NCBI GenBank assembly: GCA_016933575.1
Contig: JAFGAR010000040.1
Location: 1 to 64,000 of the forward strand
Source: Candidatus Thorarchaeota archaeon
Lineage (GTDB): Archaea; Asgardarchaeota; Thorarchaeia; Thorarchaeales; Thorarchaeaceae
Reading direction: 5' to 3'
Length of the DNA: 64,000 nucleotides
A program made the position numbers and the translations under genes. How positions within the stretch are numbered: position 1 is the stretch's first letter; each line of letters begins with the position of its first letter. A model generated the notes under the pieces. The model saw only the letters and a program-made list of their open reading frames with translations, ran no database searches and was not told the DNA's origin. This document shows positions 16,709 through 26,890 of the stretch, piece after piece.

Positions 16709-18805
16709 TCAATCATAGCGAATATCATCGTCATCCAGACTTCTATATCCTCCAGGACGAGCTCCCCATGTTGCCCAACCTGATGTAGATGTTCGTATCT
16801 CGTTCGCCAATCCAAATGATTCTCGAACAGGTATGTCAGCATCAATCTTGTAGAGCGTTCTCTCGGAATTAATCTCTAGAATGTGTCCTTTTCGCTTGGA
16901 TAAAATCGAGGATAGTGTTCCCACATATTCTTCTGGCGCACTGATTTCCAATCGTATCCAAGGCTCCAGAATCGTCGGAGCGCCGCTCAGAACGCTCTTT
17001 CTTGCTGCTGCCAGAAGTGGTTGTGTTATCTCTCTCCATGACATTTCTGGAGCCGAATATTTCAGACTAGCCTTTTCAATGATAATCCAAAGACGCCTCA
17101 TCTTTTCTCCCCTGAGTGGGCCACTTCGAATTAATGTTCTAAAGGCTTCTTTCACCCACTCTGTTTCTTCACCATATTGGTCAATTTTTTCTGAGGCATC
17201 AATGAGCCAACAGTTGGAGCTCACATCTTTGTCAATTATATTTCCAAGTGTATCCGGAGGAGCATTCTCTAAAGGCAATCGTGCGACCACAATGAAACTA
17301 CTAGTATCATCATCTCCCTCTTCAACAGGCTTGCCATTCACAGTAAGTTGTTCTCTAAGTAGCACCATTGGTTTTCCAAGATGCACGTCAACACCAATTC
17401 TCGCGAGTTTCTCTACAGTTATCTCTACATGAAGCTCCCCAGCTCCCGATAATAGCATCTCTCCTGTTTCTGGATTCACCTCAAAATCAAGAGCTGGATC
17501 AGAAACAACATACTGCTCAATTGGCGCTTGAATTGTACTCAGGTCAGAGAGGTTCTTTGGTTCTACAGTGTACGTAACTACTGGTTCCATTGGGTACTGT
17601 AGTCCGCTTATCGGAATCATGCCTTCGTTCTCTTTACTAACCAGGGTATCTCCAACAGCAATCTCCTTCAGACCTGTTATGAATGCAAGATTGCCTGCTG
17701 GGACCTCTGGTAAATCTACTCTTGTCTTTGACATGTATAATCCGATTTGAAGAGACTTGAGTTCCTTTCCTGTTCTAAGATTGATTAGTGGTTCTGCACG
17801 TTTCAATGTGCCTGAGAAAATACGGACCGCAGACGCTGAAACTGCGTGTCTATCTGGTTGCACATCACCTACAAGACAGACGCATGGTCCAGCTGAATCA
17901 CACCCAGTTAAAGCTAAACCTGTTGTTGTTTCTACATCTCCCGCCCAGAACAGAGGAATTCTATAGGCTTGAGCAACTGTGGGATTTGGGACGGTTCTCA
18001 CAACAGAGTCCAACACGACATGCGCAACAGGAAACATGTTCATGAGTTCCTTCCTTCGCTCCTGTCGGTATATTTCATTGATCTCTTCAAGTATCTCGAT
18101 AAACGCATTTCCAAGGTCTGATGGTGCTTCACTTCCCTTTGTTCGTTCTTTCAATGTGTCAATATCTAAGCCCCATTTATCAAGGGCTGATCCTACACTT
18201 AGTGATCTCTTATTGAATGATACTTCCCACTCTTCAAGTATCTCATCTGGAAGGTACTTCCCAAGCATAGCATTGAACTCACGAACCACTCGTGTAATTT
18301 CATTTGCAGTCTTCTTCGGACTGAGGCGTTTCTCTTTGAGAAGTCTATCTACCTTGTTAACAAATAGTACTGGTCTTACTAACTCTTGCATTGCCTGTCT
18401 TGCTACAGTTTCAGTCTGAACCATTATTCCTTCGATTGCATCCACTACTATTATTGCACCATCAGTTAGTCTCAATCCTCTTGTAACATGACTTGAGAAG
18501 TCGATATGTCCTGGCGTGTCAATCAGGTTGATGAGGTGATCCTTTTTCTCATATGGATGAACAAGAGAAATGCCTGAGGCCTTGATTGTTATTCCTCTCT
18601 GCTGTTCGATAATATCATAATCAAGCAGTCTTGCAGTTGCCGCTACATCCTTCGAGAGAAGTCCTGATTCCGCGATGAGCGAGTCTGTCAAGGTGGTCTT
18701 TCCATGGTCTATATGTGCAATGACTGTGACATTTCTTATTCTCTCTGTCTGAGTGACCAATTCAGCAACTCGTTCTTTGACGAACTTTTTGTAAAGATGG
18801 GACAA
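16709..18805 (-). CDS. Elongation factor 2 paralog (Asgard aEF-2p type) lacking the diphthamide histidine
   Basis: AHIDHGKTT, RGITI, DTPGH, NKVD, GAGELH, ESFGL..EIRTSTSG; domain IV loop reads LKYSAPEMSWRE instead of LHEDAIHRGP. Confidence 0.88.
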   Translation of the reverse strand: MSHLYKKFVKERVAELVTQTERIRNVTVIAHIDHGKTTLTDSLIAESGLLSKDVAATARLLDYDIIEQQRGITIKASGISLVHPYEKKDHLINLIDTPGHIDFSSHVTRGLRLTDGAIIVVDAIEGIMVQTETVARQAMQELVRPVLFVNKVDRLLKEKRLSPKKTANEITRVVREFNAMLGKYLPDEILEEWEVSFNKRSLSVGSALDKWGLDIDTLKERTKGSEAPSDLGNAFIEILEEINEIYRQERRKELMNMFPVAHVVLDSVVRTVPNPTVAQAYRIPLFWAGDVETTTGLALTGCDSAGPCVCLVGDVQPDRHAVSASAVRIFSGTLKRAEPLINLRTGKELKSLQIGLYMSKTRVDLPEVPAGNLAFITGLKEIAVGDTLVSKENEGMIPISGLQYPMEPVVTYTVEPKNLSDLSTIQAPIEQYVVSDPALDFEVNPETGEMLLSGAGELHVEITVEKLARIGVDVHLGKPMVLLREQLTVNGKPVEEGDDDTSSFIVVARLPLENAPPDTLGNIIDKDVSSNCWLIDASEKIDQYGEETEWVKEAFRTLIRSGPLRGEKMRRLWIIIEKASLKYSAPEMSWREITQPLLAAARKSVLSGAPTILEPWIRLEISAPEEYVGTLSSILSKRKGHILEINSERTLYKIDADIPVRESFGLANEIRTSTSGWATWGARPGGYRSLDDDDIRYD

Positions 18806-18811
18806 TTAGAA

Positions 18812-19411
18812 TTACCTGACCTTAGTCTTGTAACTTGAGCGTGGTATCTCTATGATCTCATTACACTTAGAACATTTCATTTTGATAGCTGTTTCAGATC
18901 TTGACACTTCATCCTTTAGTGGTTGACCACATTTGCATACAAATCCGACCAATCTAGCAGGATTTCCGACAACAAGACCATAGGCTGGAACATCTCTTGT
19001 AACGACAGCTCCACTTCCTACCATGCAGTACTCACCAAGAGTTACATCACAAACGATTGTTGCATGCGCCCCAATGGATGCTCCCTTCTTCACCCGGGTG
19101 GTAAAGACTTCCCATCCCTGTATAAAAGAACGTGGGTACATATCATTGGTAAATGTCATATGAGGCCCACAAAAGACATCATCTTCGATGGTGACTCCAT
19201 GATACACAGACACGCCATTTTGTATCTTCACATTGTTTCCAATGACAACATCGCCATCAATATACACATCTTTTCCGATGTTACAGCCTTTTCCAATTTT
19301 GGCAGTTCCTCTCACATGTGCAAAATGCCAAATGCGAGTGCCTTCTCCAATTGTAGCGCCATCGTCGACCACAGCTAATGGGTGAATGAAAACATCGCTC
19401 ATAAAGTTCAC
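18812..19411 (-). CDS. Hexapeptide-repeat sugar N-acetyltransferase (WbpD-like) with C-terminal zinc ribbon
   Basis: Left-handed beta-helix repeats, IWHFAH, FTND..PR, VGNPAR, CKCG..CSKC. Confidence 0.88.
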   Translation of the reverse strand: MNFMSDVFIHPLAVVDDGATIGEGTRIWHFAHVRGTAKIGKGCNIGKDVYIDGDVVIGNNVKIQNGVSVYHGVTIEDDVFCGPHMTFTNDMYPRSFIQGWEVFTTRVKKGASIGAHATIVCDVTLGEYCMVGSGAVVTRDVPAYGLVVGNPARLVGFVCKCGQPLKDEVSRSETAIKMKCSKCNEIIEIPRSSYKTKVR

Positions 19412-19436
19412 ACGGTGGCACTATATCAATTGTGAG

Positions 19437-20057
19437 TTAACTCTTATCCTTTCTACGTTTTTTGGTCTTTGGAACCGTTGGGGCAACCCAGAGCGCTCCC
19501 TTGTAGGTAGTAGTATTTGGACAACCAACACATTTGTCCGATACGTACCTTTTACATGTTCCACAATCCATCTTGCAAGGGGCTACTGTGTCACCTGATG
19601 GTCTAGGTGCCAAGTCTATTGGAAGGTATTTTGGAATAAGTGGCGCATTTCCAAACCAACTCTCTGACTTCCGTACGCCTGGTTCATTGCGCATACTACA
19701 GGTTCCAATAATTGACTCTAGACTCCATGTATCTTCTGCAACCATTATAGCAAAGAGATTGTATCTACCAGTCACCGGAGCGAACATGAGAAGTCTGGGA
19801 CAATTCTCGTACTTCTTCTGTATTTTTTCTGCCACTTCCATGTTCTCTGTTTCGAGTCCCATGAACAGCACTTTTGTATCTAAATACTCGGAGTTAATTC
19901 CTGCTGTTAGTTGAACCAATTCTGATTTGACAAGTTTGTCTAATCTTTTACTCACTGCAACGTGTGACATTCCCAGAGATTCACCAATCTGAGAAAGACT
20001 CGTTCTACCATTTCTCTGTAGGATTGACACAAGCTTCTTGTCAATATCATCCATCAT
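19437..20057 (-). CDS. Lrp/AsnC transcriptional regulator with a C-terminal Cys-rich domain
   Basis: DDIDKKLVSILQRNGRTS HTH, VTGRYNL, CKMDCGTC..CVGCP. Confidence 0.85.
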   Translation of the reverse strand: MMDDIDKKLVSILQRNGRTSLSQIGESLGMSHVAVSKRLDKLVKSELVQLTAGINSEYLDTKVLFMGLETENMEVAEKIQKKYENCPRLLMFAPVTGRYNLFAIMVAEDTWSLESIIGTCSMRNEPGVRKSESWFGNAPLIPKYLPIDLAPRPSGDTVAPCKMDCGTCKRYVSDKCVGCPNTTTYKGALWVAPTVPKTKKRRKDKS

Positions 20058-20160
20058 TGATTCACTCCGTTAGTATAATCTTGGTTCTTGTGTTTCTTTC
20101 TGAAACCATAAGCGCCGAACAAGTTAAAGTACTATATGAATGCCTCGGCTTTTTTTAAGA

Positions 20161-20790
20161 TTACACCTGTTCAGCCTTATCCCAGTCATTCTTGTAGACA
20201 TGTGCATTAACAGAGAGTGTTGTTATTGTCCCAGTATCAATCTCTGTCTTCTCCGATACATATGAGAGCAATTCACCAAGAGCATAGACATTTGCGGGCC
20301 ACGCTCCATACATATCATTCGAACGAATCATGACTGACAGGTCTAGCTTATCCTCACGTACCATGAAGACAAAATGGTTAAGGCACGGTACTTCATCAAC
20401 CCGTGTATCTTTGCGAGGATCCCATGTTGTAGCAACAGCTCTCCGTGAGTTTGGGCTCTCTTTTAATTTTGCAATGACATAATCTATCTGATTGACTACT
20501 TCCTCGCCCCATGCATTGAGGCGTTCTCCATAGGTGTAATCAAAATTCATCCTATCTGGGTTAAGGAGTTGTGTAGCATATTTTTCTTTCAGAACTGTTT
20601 CACTGAATGGATATTTCTTACTAACCCGTTCAGAAAAGGGATCACAGATATGAATCATGACATTATCTAGCCACTTTGTCTTACTACCTCTCTCATCTAC
20701 TCTGACCATTCCACTATCCATGATTTTACGAATGACTCGTATCCAGCCTTCCTCTGGAGTCTTTGCTTTGAGATACATAGGCATATCCAT
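20161..20790 (-). CDS. thyA: Thymidylate synthase, short archaeal type
   Basis: YTYGERL, SRRAV, VPCL, RSND, WPAN, AHVY motifs. Confidence 0.92.
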   Translation of the reverse strand: MDMPMYLKAKTPEEGWIRVIRKIMDSGMVRVDERGSKTKWLDNVMIHICDPFSERVSKKYPFSETVLKEKYATQLLNPDRMNFDYTYGERLNAWGEEVVNQIDYVIAKLKESPNSRRAVATTWDPRKDTRVDEVPCLNHFVFMVREDKLDLSVMIRSNDMYGAWPANVYALGELLSYVSEKTEIDTGTITTLSVNAHVYKNDWDKAEQV

Positions 20791-21064
20791 TCACCTAATT
20801 CGAATGACTGTCCCTTTCTCACCTTATTCTAGCTTTTGCCTCAGTCTTGGTGCATCAAAAGAGCCTGTTTTTCTGATTACCATTTCGCGCCAAATGGTGA
20901 GTTCAAATGTCCAACATCTTGGTGCGATTTACTAGCTGATTGTTTCATAGAATTAGGGGAGAACTGCAAAAGTTTGCATCTTAACATTGTAAATCACATC
21001 GATATTTGTATGACCTTAAGTAGTCTGCAAAGGTCTTGACAACTGAGGCTCATGATAGAAACCC

Positions 21065-21196
21065 GTTCTCCCCCGGTTGGCCTAGAATCTAACGAGAGGC
21101 CAAATACAGGCGCGACAATCCTTTTATTTTGCCTCGGACAGATATTCATTTACCCCTTCACGCCGGGAGGGAGAACAAGACTCATACGCCGGGAGG
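21065..21196 (+). promoter_or_regulatory. Candidate structured 5' leader of the trx-nrdD operon
   Basis: 12-bp bulged stem 21065-21076/21163-21176, 7-bp hairpin 21077-21103, 11-nt direct repeat ACGCCGGGAGG at 21160 and 21186. Confidence 0.45.
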
Positions 21197-21485
21197 ATTA
21201 GCTACGACACCGATTCTATACCTGTTCACACAAGAGGGCTGTGTAAACTGTCCTGCAGCAAAAGCTGTGGTCGATGAAGCTTTCAAGTATTCTAACATAC
21301 AAGTCCAGACAGTTGACCTTCACAAGATGGACTCGGATTTTGAGTACAAACTCTTGGAACATCAGATCTTCATAGCTAGCACTCCAGCGATCATAATCGA
21401 AAACAATGGTAACATGAAATTGCTCTATAGTGGAAATGTGCCAGAGGTCGAAACAATTAGAAGGGAGGTTCAAGATTTCGCATGA
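21129..21485 (+). CDS. Thioredoxin/NrdH-like redoxin (CVNC); true start uncertain
   Basis: LYLFTQEGCVNCP and IASTPAIII motifs; overlaps the nrdD start (ATGA). Confidence 0.8.
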   Translation: MPRTDIHLPLHAGRENKTHTPGGLATTPILYLFTQEGCVNCPAAKAVVDEAFKYSNIQVQTVDLHKMDSDFEYKLLEHQIFIASTPAIIIENNGNMKLLYSGNVPEVETIRREVQDFA

Positions 21486-23623
21486 CCGACATTCGTAGTA
21501 CCATCACAGACTCAGAAGACCTTCGGATGAGAGAGCGGAAAATGCCAAAGGTCCGTACGACAAGCAGTACGATGGAGTCCTTCGATGCAACGAAGATCAT
21601 CGATAGTCTTGTGTTAGAAGCTGGCCTCCTTCGTGCAGATGCTCATCTAATTGCAGTCAAAGTAATGGACCGAATTGTTGCCTCTGGTATCAAGTTCCTC
21701 TCAGGCCCCCTCATCAGAGAGATGTGTAATAGTGTCTTGGCTGAGATGGGTTTTGAGAAGGAAAGAATTCTCTATACCCGAGTAGGAATTCCAATGTATG
21801 ATCTCGGCTTACTGATCAACAATCCCGGGGATCACACATCCAATGCAAACCTCATGCGCAATCCTGAAACTATCGCAAAGCTTGTTCATGATCAAGTCAT
21901 GGAGCAACACACATACCTCTCAATACCATCGCACCTTGCAGATGCGCATTTGAAGGGTGACATTTACATTAAGGACCGAGAGTACTTCTCAACTCGTGAT
22001 TATTGTGCTACCTGGGATATGCGGCAGGTTCTGAAATTAGGAATTGCACCTGATGGTCTTGGAGGCATGCACTCTAGTGCAGCAGGTCCTGCTCAGCATC
22101 TTTCAGTAGCTGTGAATCACTCTGCAATCTGGCTTGCGGCTGCTCAAAGCTCCTTTGCTGGCGGCCAAGGCTATTTCTATTTCAATACATTTCTCGCTCC
22201 CTTCATGCGAGGTCTTCCCTACAAGAAGATCAAGCAGGCTGCTCAACAGCTTATCTTTACCCTCACACAGCAGTATGTCGCTCGTGGTGGGCAGGTGATC
22301 TTTAGCAGTGTTGACCTAACCCCTGGAATACCCAAGATTATGAGAAATGTTCCAGCAGTCCTACCCGGAGGCAAAGAGACTGAGGTCACCTATGGGGACT
22401 ATGAGGAAGAAGCACGACTGTTCTTCAATGCCTTTATGGAAGTCATGATCAAAGGTGATGCGAAGGGCAAAGGATTCGGATTTCCTAAACCAAACATTGT
22501 CCTTCGAAAGGAGTTCATGGGTCCTGAGTTCGATGACTCTTGGCGACTTGTGGCTGAACTGACCGCAAAACATGGCTCTCCCTATTTCGAGAATTATCTG
22601 AACTGGCGCTCAAAGATTGAAGCTGGTTGTAGTAGTTGCTGTTCACACCTCTGGACTGCAAGTACTCAGGAGGAGTTGGATGAGTTCCTCTCAGGGAACA
22701 TGGTCTTTGGAGCCTCGCAGATGGTCACACCAAACTTTGGTCGTGCCGCCTGGTTAGGGCGTACAGATGAGGATCATTTCTTTGAGAAGATTGATGAGTA
22801 TGTCGAACTATCTAAACAGGTCATCCTCGAAAAGAAACGTCTCATGGACAAGCTCATTGCCAGTGGTAGTGTTCCATTCTACACTCAACCAAAACCCAAT
22901 GGTGAACCACTGATTGACATGAATAGTCGAGAGTTCTTACTTGGTACAGTGGGTTTCGATGAAATGGCTGAGGTCTTGACTGGTCAACATCTTCACGAAC
23001 CAGAAGGTACTCGTTTTGGCATCAAGGTTCTCAAGCACCTGAAAGCAAAGGCAACTGAGTTTCAAGAGGAAACCGGTCTCCATTTTGGTGTTACACGTAC
23101 TCCTGCTGAAAGTGCCGCAGGCCGTCTTGCTGTCAAAGACTACAAAGCATATCCTGGTATGAGAAAATACCTCAAGGGGGATGGTTCGAATGTCTATTAC
23201 ACTAACAGTACAACGCTAGATGTTAGTGCGAATCTACCTTTGAGTCAACGTATCAAGAAGGAAGGTATGTTCCATCCCTACATGGATGGTGGTGCTCTCA
23301 CTCATGTCTATCTGGGTGAAGCGAATCCCGACCCCGATGCCCTTTGGGAACTCACAAAGAAGATTGCCACAGAGACCCTCAATTCGTATTGGAGCTTCAC
23401 AAAAGATGTGATGCAGTGTGGCGTCTGTAACTATCAGGCTGGCATTGATTGGAAGCGTGTATCATTCTCCTCCGTTGATGATCTTACCAAAATTCCATGT
23501 CCTCGGTGTGGTCATGTAGGTGTTGAAATTTTCAGCAGAATAACTGGATATTTACAGAGTTTGAGCAGCTTCAACCCTGCAAAGAAACAGGAGTTCCTTG
23601 ATAGACACAGATATTCACTGTAG
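21482..23623 (+). CDS. nrdD: Anaerobic (class III) ribonucleoside-triphosphate reductase with ATP-cone
   Basis: N-terminal ATP cone, AHLKGDIYIKD, TPAES, YYTNS, CxxC/CxxC zinc site, glycyl-radical motif SRITGYL. Confidence 0.95.
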   Translation: MTDIRSTITDSEDLRMRERKMPKVRTTSSTMESFDATKIIDSLVLEAGLLRADAHLIAVKVMDRIVASGIKFLSGPLIREMCNSVLAEMGFEKERILYTRVGIPMYDLGLLINNPGDHTSNANLMRNPETIAKLVHDQVMEQHTYLSIPSHLADAHLKGDIYIKDREYFSTRDYCATWDMRQVLKLGIAPDGLGGMHSSAAGPAQHLSVAVNHSAIWLAAAQSSFAGGQGYFYFNTFLAPFMRGLPYKKIKQAAQQLIFTLTQQYVARGGQVIFSSVDLTPGIPKIMRNVPAVLPGGKETEVTYGDYEEEARLFFNAFMEVMIKGDAKGKGFGFPKPNIVLRKEFMGPEFDDSWRLVAELTAKHGSPYFENYLNWRSKIEAGCSSCCSHLWTASTQEELDEFLSGNMVFGASQMVTPNFGRAAWLGRTDEDHFFEKIDEYVELSKQVILEKKRLMDKLIASGSVPFYTQPKPNGEPLIDMNSREFLLGTVGFDEMAEVLTGQHLHEPEGTRFGIKVLKHLKAKATEFQEETGLHFGVTRTPAESAAGRLAVKDYKAYPGMRKYLKGDGSNVYYTNSTTLDVSANLPLSQRIKKEGMFHPYMDGGALTHVYLGEANPDPDALWELTKKIATETLNSYWSFTKDVMQCGVCNYQAGIDWKRVSFSSVDDLTKIPCPRCGHVGVEIFSRITGYLQSLSSFNPAKKQEFLDRHRYSL

Positions 23624-23629
23624 GTTTTT

Positions 23630-24445
23630 TCAGAAGGGCCCTTCTACAATTCTTTCCAAGAACTTGTCAAAATGATCTCCCATCATGACCTCGACATACC
23701 AAGTGCACCCAAGAGCTTCGGATTCATCAATCCATGATGGTTTTTCAGGACCACCAGCAGTTGTCCCCATAATCACGACATCATAATCCTTCATGGATTC
23801 TCGATGCTTCTTGACATAGTTTACTACATCGGAGTATTCCTCTAGAGACATATCCTCACTCATACTTAGAGGAAACACACCATCGTACCTTGCTGCTCTT
23901 CTAAATGGAGCTTTTATTGGCCAGGTACCTGCACACCATATCGGTACCCGTGGTCGCTGAATAGGACGTGGATTGAACGTGACCTCATCAATCTTGTAGT
24001 GCTTCCCAGAGAATGATAAAGGTCTACCAGACCAAAGCCCCTCAAGAATGGCTAAGGACTCGTCTAATCTCTCAGCTCGTTCTTTGAGATTAACATCTTC
24101 TCCAAACTTTCTATAATCATTCTCAGACGAGCCTCCTAGTCCAACTCCTAAAACAAACTGCCCCTTAGAAAGAATATCTAAAGTAGTAACCTCCCGTGCT
24201 ACCTTCTCCGGGCGCCGTCTTGGTAAAGGAGTCACTGTTGTACCAATTCGAATCTTTTCAGTGCGTGCTGCGATGGCTGCAAGTGTGATCCATGGATCTG
24301 CAATCAATTCATCCTTTCCCGCATAATTGTGGTCCCACATAAAGAAACCATCCCACTTTGCATCTTCAGCAGCTACTGCTAATTCAAGGAATTTGTTGGG
24401 ATCTCCTTGAAGTGCGAAGTTAGAGATATAGACTCCATATTTCAA
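23630..24445 (-). CDS. LLM-class flavin/F420-dependent oxidoreductase
   Basis: WDH, DPWITLAAIAART..IRIGT.V, LDILSKG, GVGLG. Confidence 0.9.
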   Translation of the reverse strand: MKYGVYISNFALQGDPNKFLELAVAAEDAKWDGFFMWDHNYAGKDELIADPWITLAAIAARTEKIRIGTTVTPLPRRRPEKVAREVTTLDILSKGQFVLGVGLGGSSENDYRKFGEDVNLKERAERLDESLAILEGLWSGRPLSFSGKHYKIDEVTFNPRPIQRPRVPIWCAGTWPIKAPFRRAARYDGVFPLSMSEDMSLEEYSDVVNYVKKHRESMKDYDVVIMGTTAGGPEKPSWIDESEALGCTWYVEVMMGDHFDKFLERIVEGPF

Positions 24446-24583
24446 CGCAGTACACCAATAATCGAACTGGCCAATCTAGTAATATCGTCTTCACTCGTTT
24501 TTTCTGAGTGTTTGACTACACATCTTTCATGAATCATTTATTCACAAATGCAGAATACATCCAATCCAATCAAGAAACAAGAG

Positions 24584-25369
24584 TTACTTGATTGACATAG
24601 ATATACTATCTCGTCTAGGTCGTTGCGATTCATTCAACCCTTCAAATATTGTGTTCTCCTGATTTCTAGATTTTAGAGTGTTATTTTCTAAGAATTGAAA
24701 TTTCAAGTCGACCGCATCTGCACTAAGACGTAGTTCAATTCTATCACTGTAGAAGCCAGCATCATGATATCCATCATATTTTACTATGAACACTGGAATA
24801 CCAGTTGCTGTATCAATTCTAGCACTCCATCCTATAGTAGAGTGCCACGAAATCCCAGTATAGGAGAAATAGAACTCGTTTCCATTAAGATATGCTATCC
24901 AGCGATAGTCTGGGGTATATATTCTGAATCGGTCTCCCTCGTATTCATCTGCAAATAATAAATCCAGTTCATTCCATGAACCATTGGGAAACAATGCCAT
25001 TGAGATAAGCGATTCAATGAACTGGTCTTCTTCTGATAGATCTGTTCCATTCTCGAAAAAGCATGAAACTTTCAGTGGACTAACAACCTCACTAATGAAT
25101 CTCCCTGATGTATACAAGATGTATAGTGACGGAAGGTTAGTCACATTAGCAATGACTGTAGTGTTATTCAGATGCATCCATCTAGGGGGTATGCGGCTCC
25201 AAGTTTCATCCCTTTCCACACTTGCAGTGACATTGAACTGAATGAGATCTCCCGGTTCAACCTCCCATTCAAGAAAGACAATAGACATCGATTGAAATTG
25301 CATAACCAGCAGAAGGCTAATGGCAAGAACCAACACGAGAAGCACAGCTCTTCTCTTAGATTTGAGCAC
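24584..25369 (-). CDS. Hypothetical secreted or membrane-anchored protein
   Basis: Basic N-terminus plus hydrophobic helix; W.V..GD...FNV motif; N-x-T/S sequons. Confidence 0.6.
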   Translation of the reverse strand: MLKSKRRAVLLVLVLAISLLLVMQFQSMSIVFLEWEVEPGDLIQFNVTASVERDETWSRIPPRWMHLNNTTVIANVTNLPSLYILYTSGRFISEVVSPLKVSCFFENGTDLSEEDQFIESLISMALFPNGSWNELDLLFADEYEGDRFRIYTPDYRWIAYLNGNEFYFSYTGISWHSTIGWSARIDTATGIPVFIVKYDGYHDAGFYSDRIELRLSADAVDLKFQFLENNTLKSRNQENTIFEGLNESQRPRRDSISMSIK

Positions 25370-25678
25370 AATCTCACCCTCTCAGACATCATATAGCAAT
25401 ATTGTCTTAATACTTTGTTCAATAACGTATTGAATTGCCAGTGGAGATAGCTCCAGACATCTTCTCATCATTCAATTCTACCAAGAAACAGAGTTACTCA
25501 ATCAATACGGATACACATTAGATCCACTTTCAAAATTGAGTCCTATGATTTCTTTAGATGAATAGAAATTCCTTGACAAGCACAAGAATACACTTTACGT
25601 AGCATCAAACTTTGCACGTTTCTACTCATCTATAAGTGAAAGCATCGTTTCTCTCTGAAATGATTTGGAGAGATATCA

Positions 25679-26857
25679 GTGAGTCACACAAAGCGGCATC
25701 CTTCCACAGTCTGTGTCCAAGGAACACACGCGCAAACTTCAGGTCCCGCAGTTGTCCCAATTGTTCAGACATCCACATTTGTGTTTGAGAATCAGCAGCA
25801 GATGCTTGACTCAGTGCAGGGAAAGTCTGGTGGGCATGTCTACACCCGGTGGAGTAATCCGACGACTAAGAGTGTAGAGGAAAAGATCAGTGCGCTTGAG
25901 GGAACTGAAGACACTCACATCTTGGCTTCAGGGATGGCTGCCATATCGTCAGCTGTTCTAGGTCTTGTAAAGGGTGGAGAGAGAATCTTATCGAGTGATT
26001 CAATTTATGGTGGAACCGTCCAGCTCTTCAACAAGATGCTTCCTCATAACGGGATTCAAGTGGAATATGTTGATACTGATGAGCTGGTCGATCATCTTGC
26101 GGACTCTGGAGACAAATACAAACTGTGCTTCTTCGAGACCCCTACGAATCCGACTCTAAAGATAGTTGACATCAGAGAAATAGCTGACGCCGCTAATGCA
26201 ACCAACACAATAAGTATGATTGACAGTACTTTTGGTTCTCCAATAAACCAGACACCGCATAAACTCGGTATTGATCTTGTGATGCACAGCGCAACAAAAT
26301 ATCTTGGCGGCCATAGTGACATTGTAGCAGGGACTATCTCTGGCTCTAGAGAGATAATGGCTAATGTACGGAGTGCCGCCAAACTCTTGGGTGGTACTAT
26401 GGATCCCTTCGCTTCATTTCTTTTAGACCGAGGAATAAAGACCTTAAGCGTCAGAATGGAACGACATAATTTCAATGCAAAATACTTGGCTGAGCGACTC
26501 AAAAAAGACCAACGAATCAGGAAAGTGCACTATCCAGGTCTCCCAAGTCATCCACATCATGCTGTCGCCAAAAAACAAATGCATGGATATGGTGGCATGT
26601 TATCAATTGAATTGGATACTGATTTGGAAAAAACCGGTAAGTTTGTCGACTCCCTTCAAGTATTTCTGAATGCAGTATCTCTTGGTGGTGTCGAGAGTCT
26701 GGCAAGTATTCCTGCTTTAACAACCCATTATGGACTTGGTGAAAAGGCTCTACGAGAGATGGATATTGCAGAATCGACTGTTCGGCTCTCCGTCGGAATT
26801 GAGGATGCCGCTGATCTATTACAGGACCTATTATCTGCCTTAGATACCATAGTGTAA
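25679..26857 (+). CDS. PLP-dependent Cys/Met metabolism enzyme (cystathionine gamma-synthase/methionine gamma-lyase family)
   Basis: YTRWSNPT, ASGMAAI, ETPTNP, HSATKYLGGHSD, VSLGGVESL, RLSVGIED. Confidence 0.92.
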   Translation: MSHTKRHPSTVCVQGTHAQTSGPAVVPIVQTSTFVFENQQQMLDSVQGKSGGHVYTRWSNPTTKSVEEKISALEGTEDTHILASGMAAISSAVLGLVKGGERILSSDSIYGGTVQLFNKMLPHNGIQVEYVDTDELVDHLADSGDKYKLCFFETPTNPTLKIVDIREIADAANATNTISMIDSTFGSPINQTPHKLGIDLVMHSATKYLGGHSDIVAGTISGSREIMANVRSAAKLLGGTMDPFASFLLDRGIKTLSVRMERHNFNAKYLAERLKKDQRIRKVHYPGLPSHPHHAVAKKQMHGYGGMLSIELDTDLEKTGKFVDSLQVFLNAVSLGGVESLASIPALTTHYGLGEKALREMDIAESTVRLSVGIEDAADLLQDLLSALDTIV

Positions 26858-26890
26858 AAAAATCGATATCCATCAGTTTCTCAATTTGCA

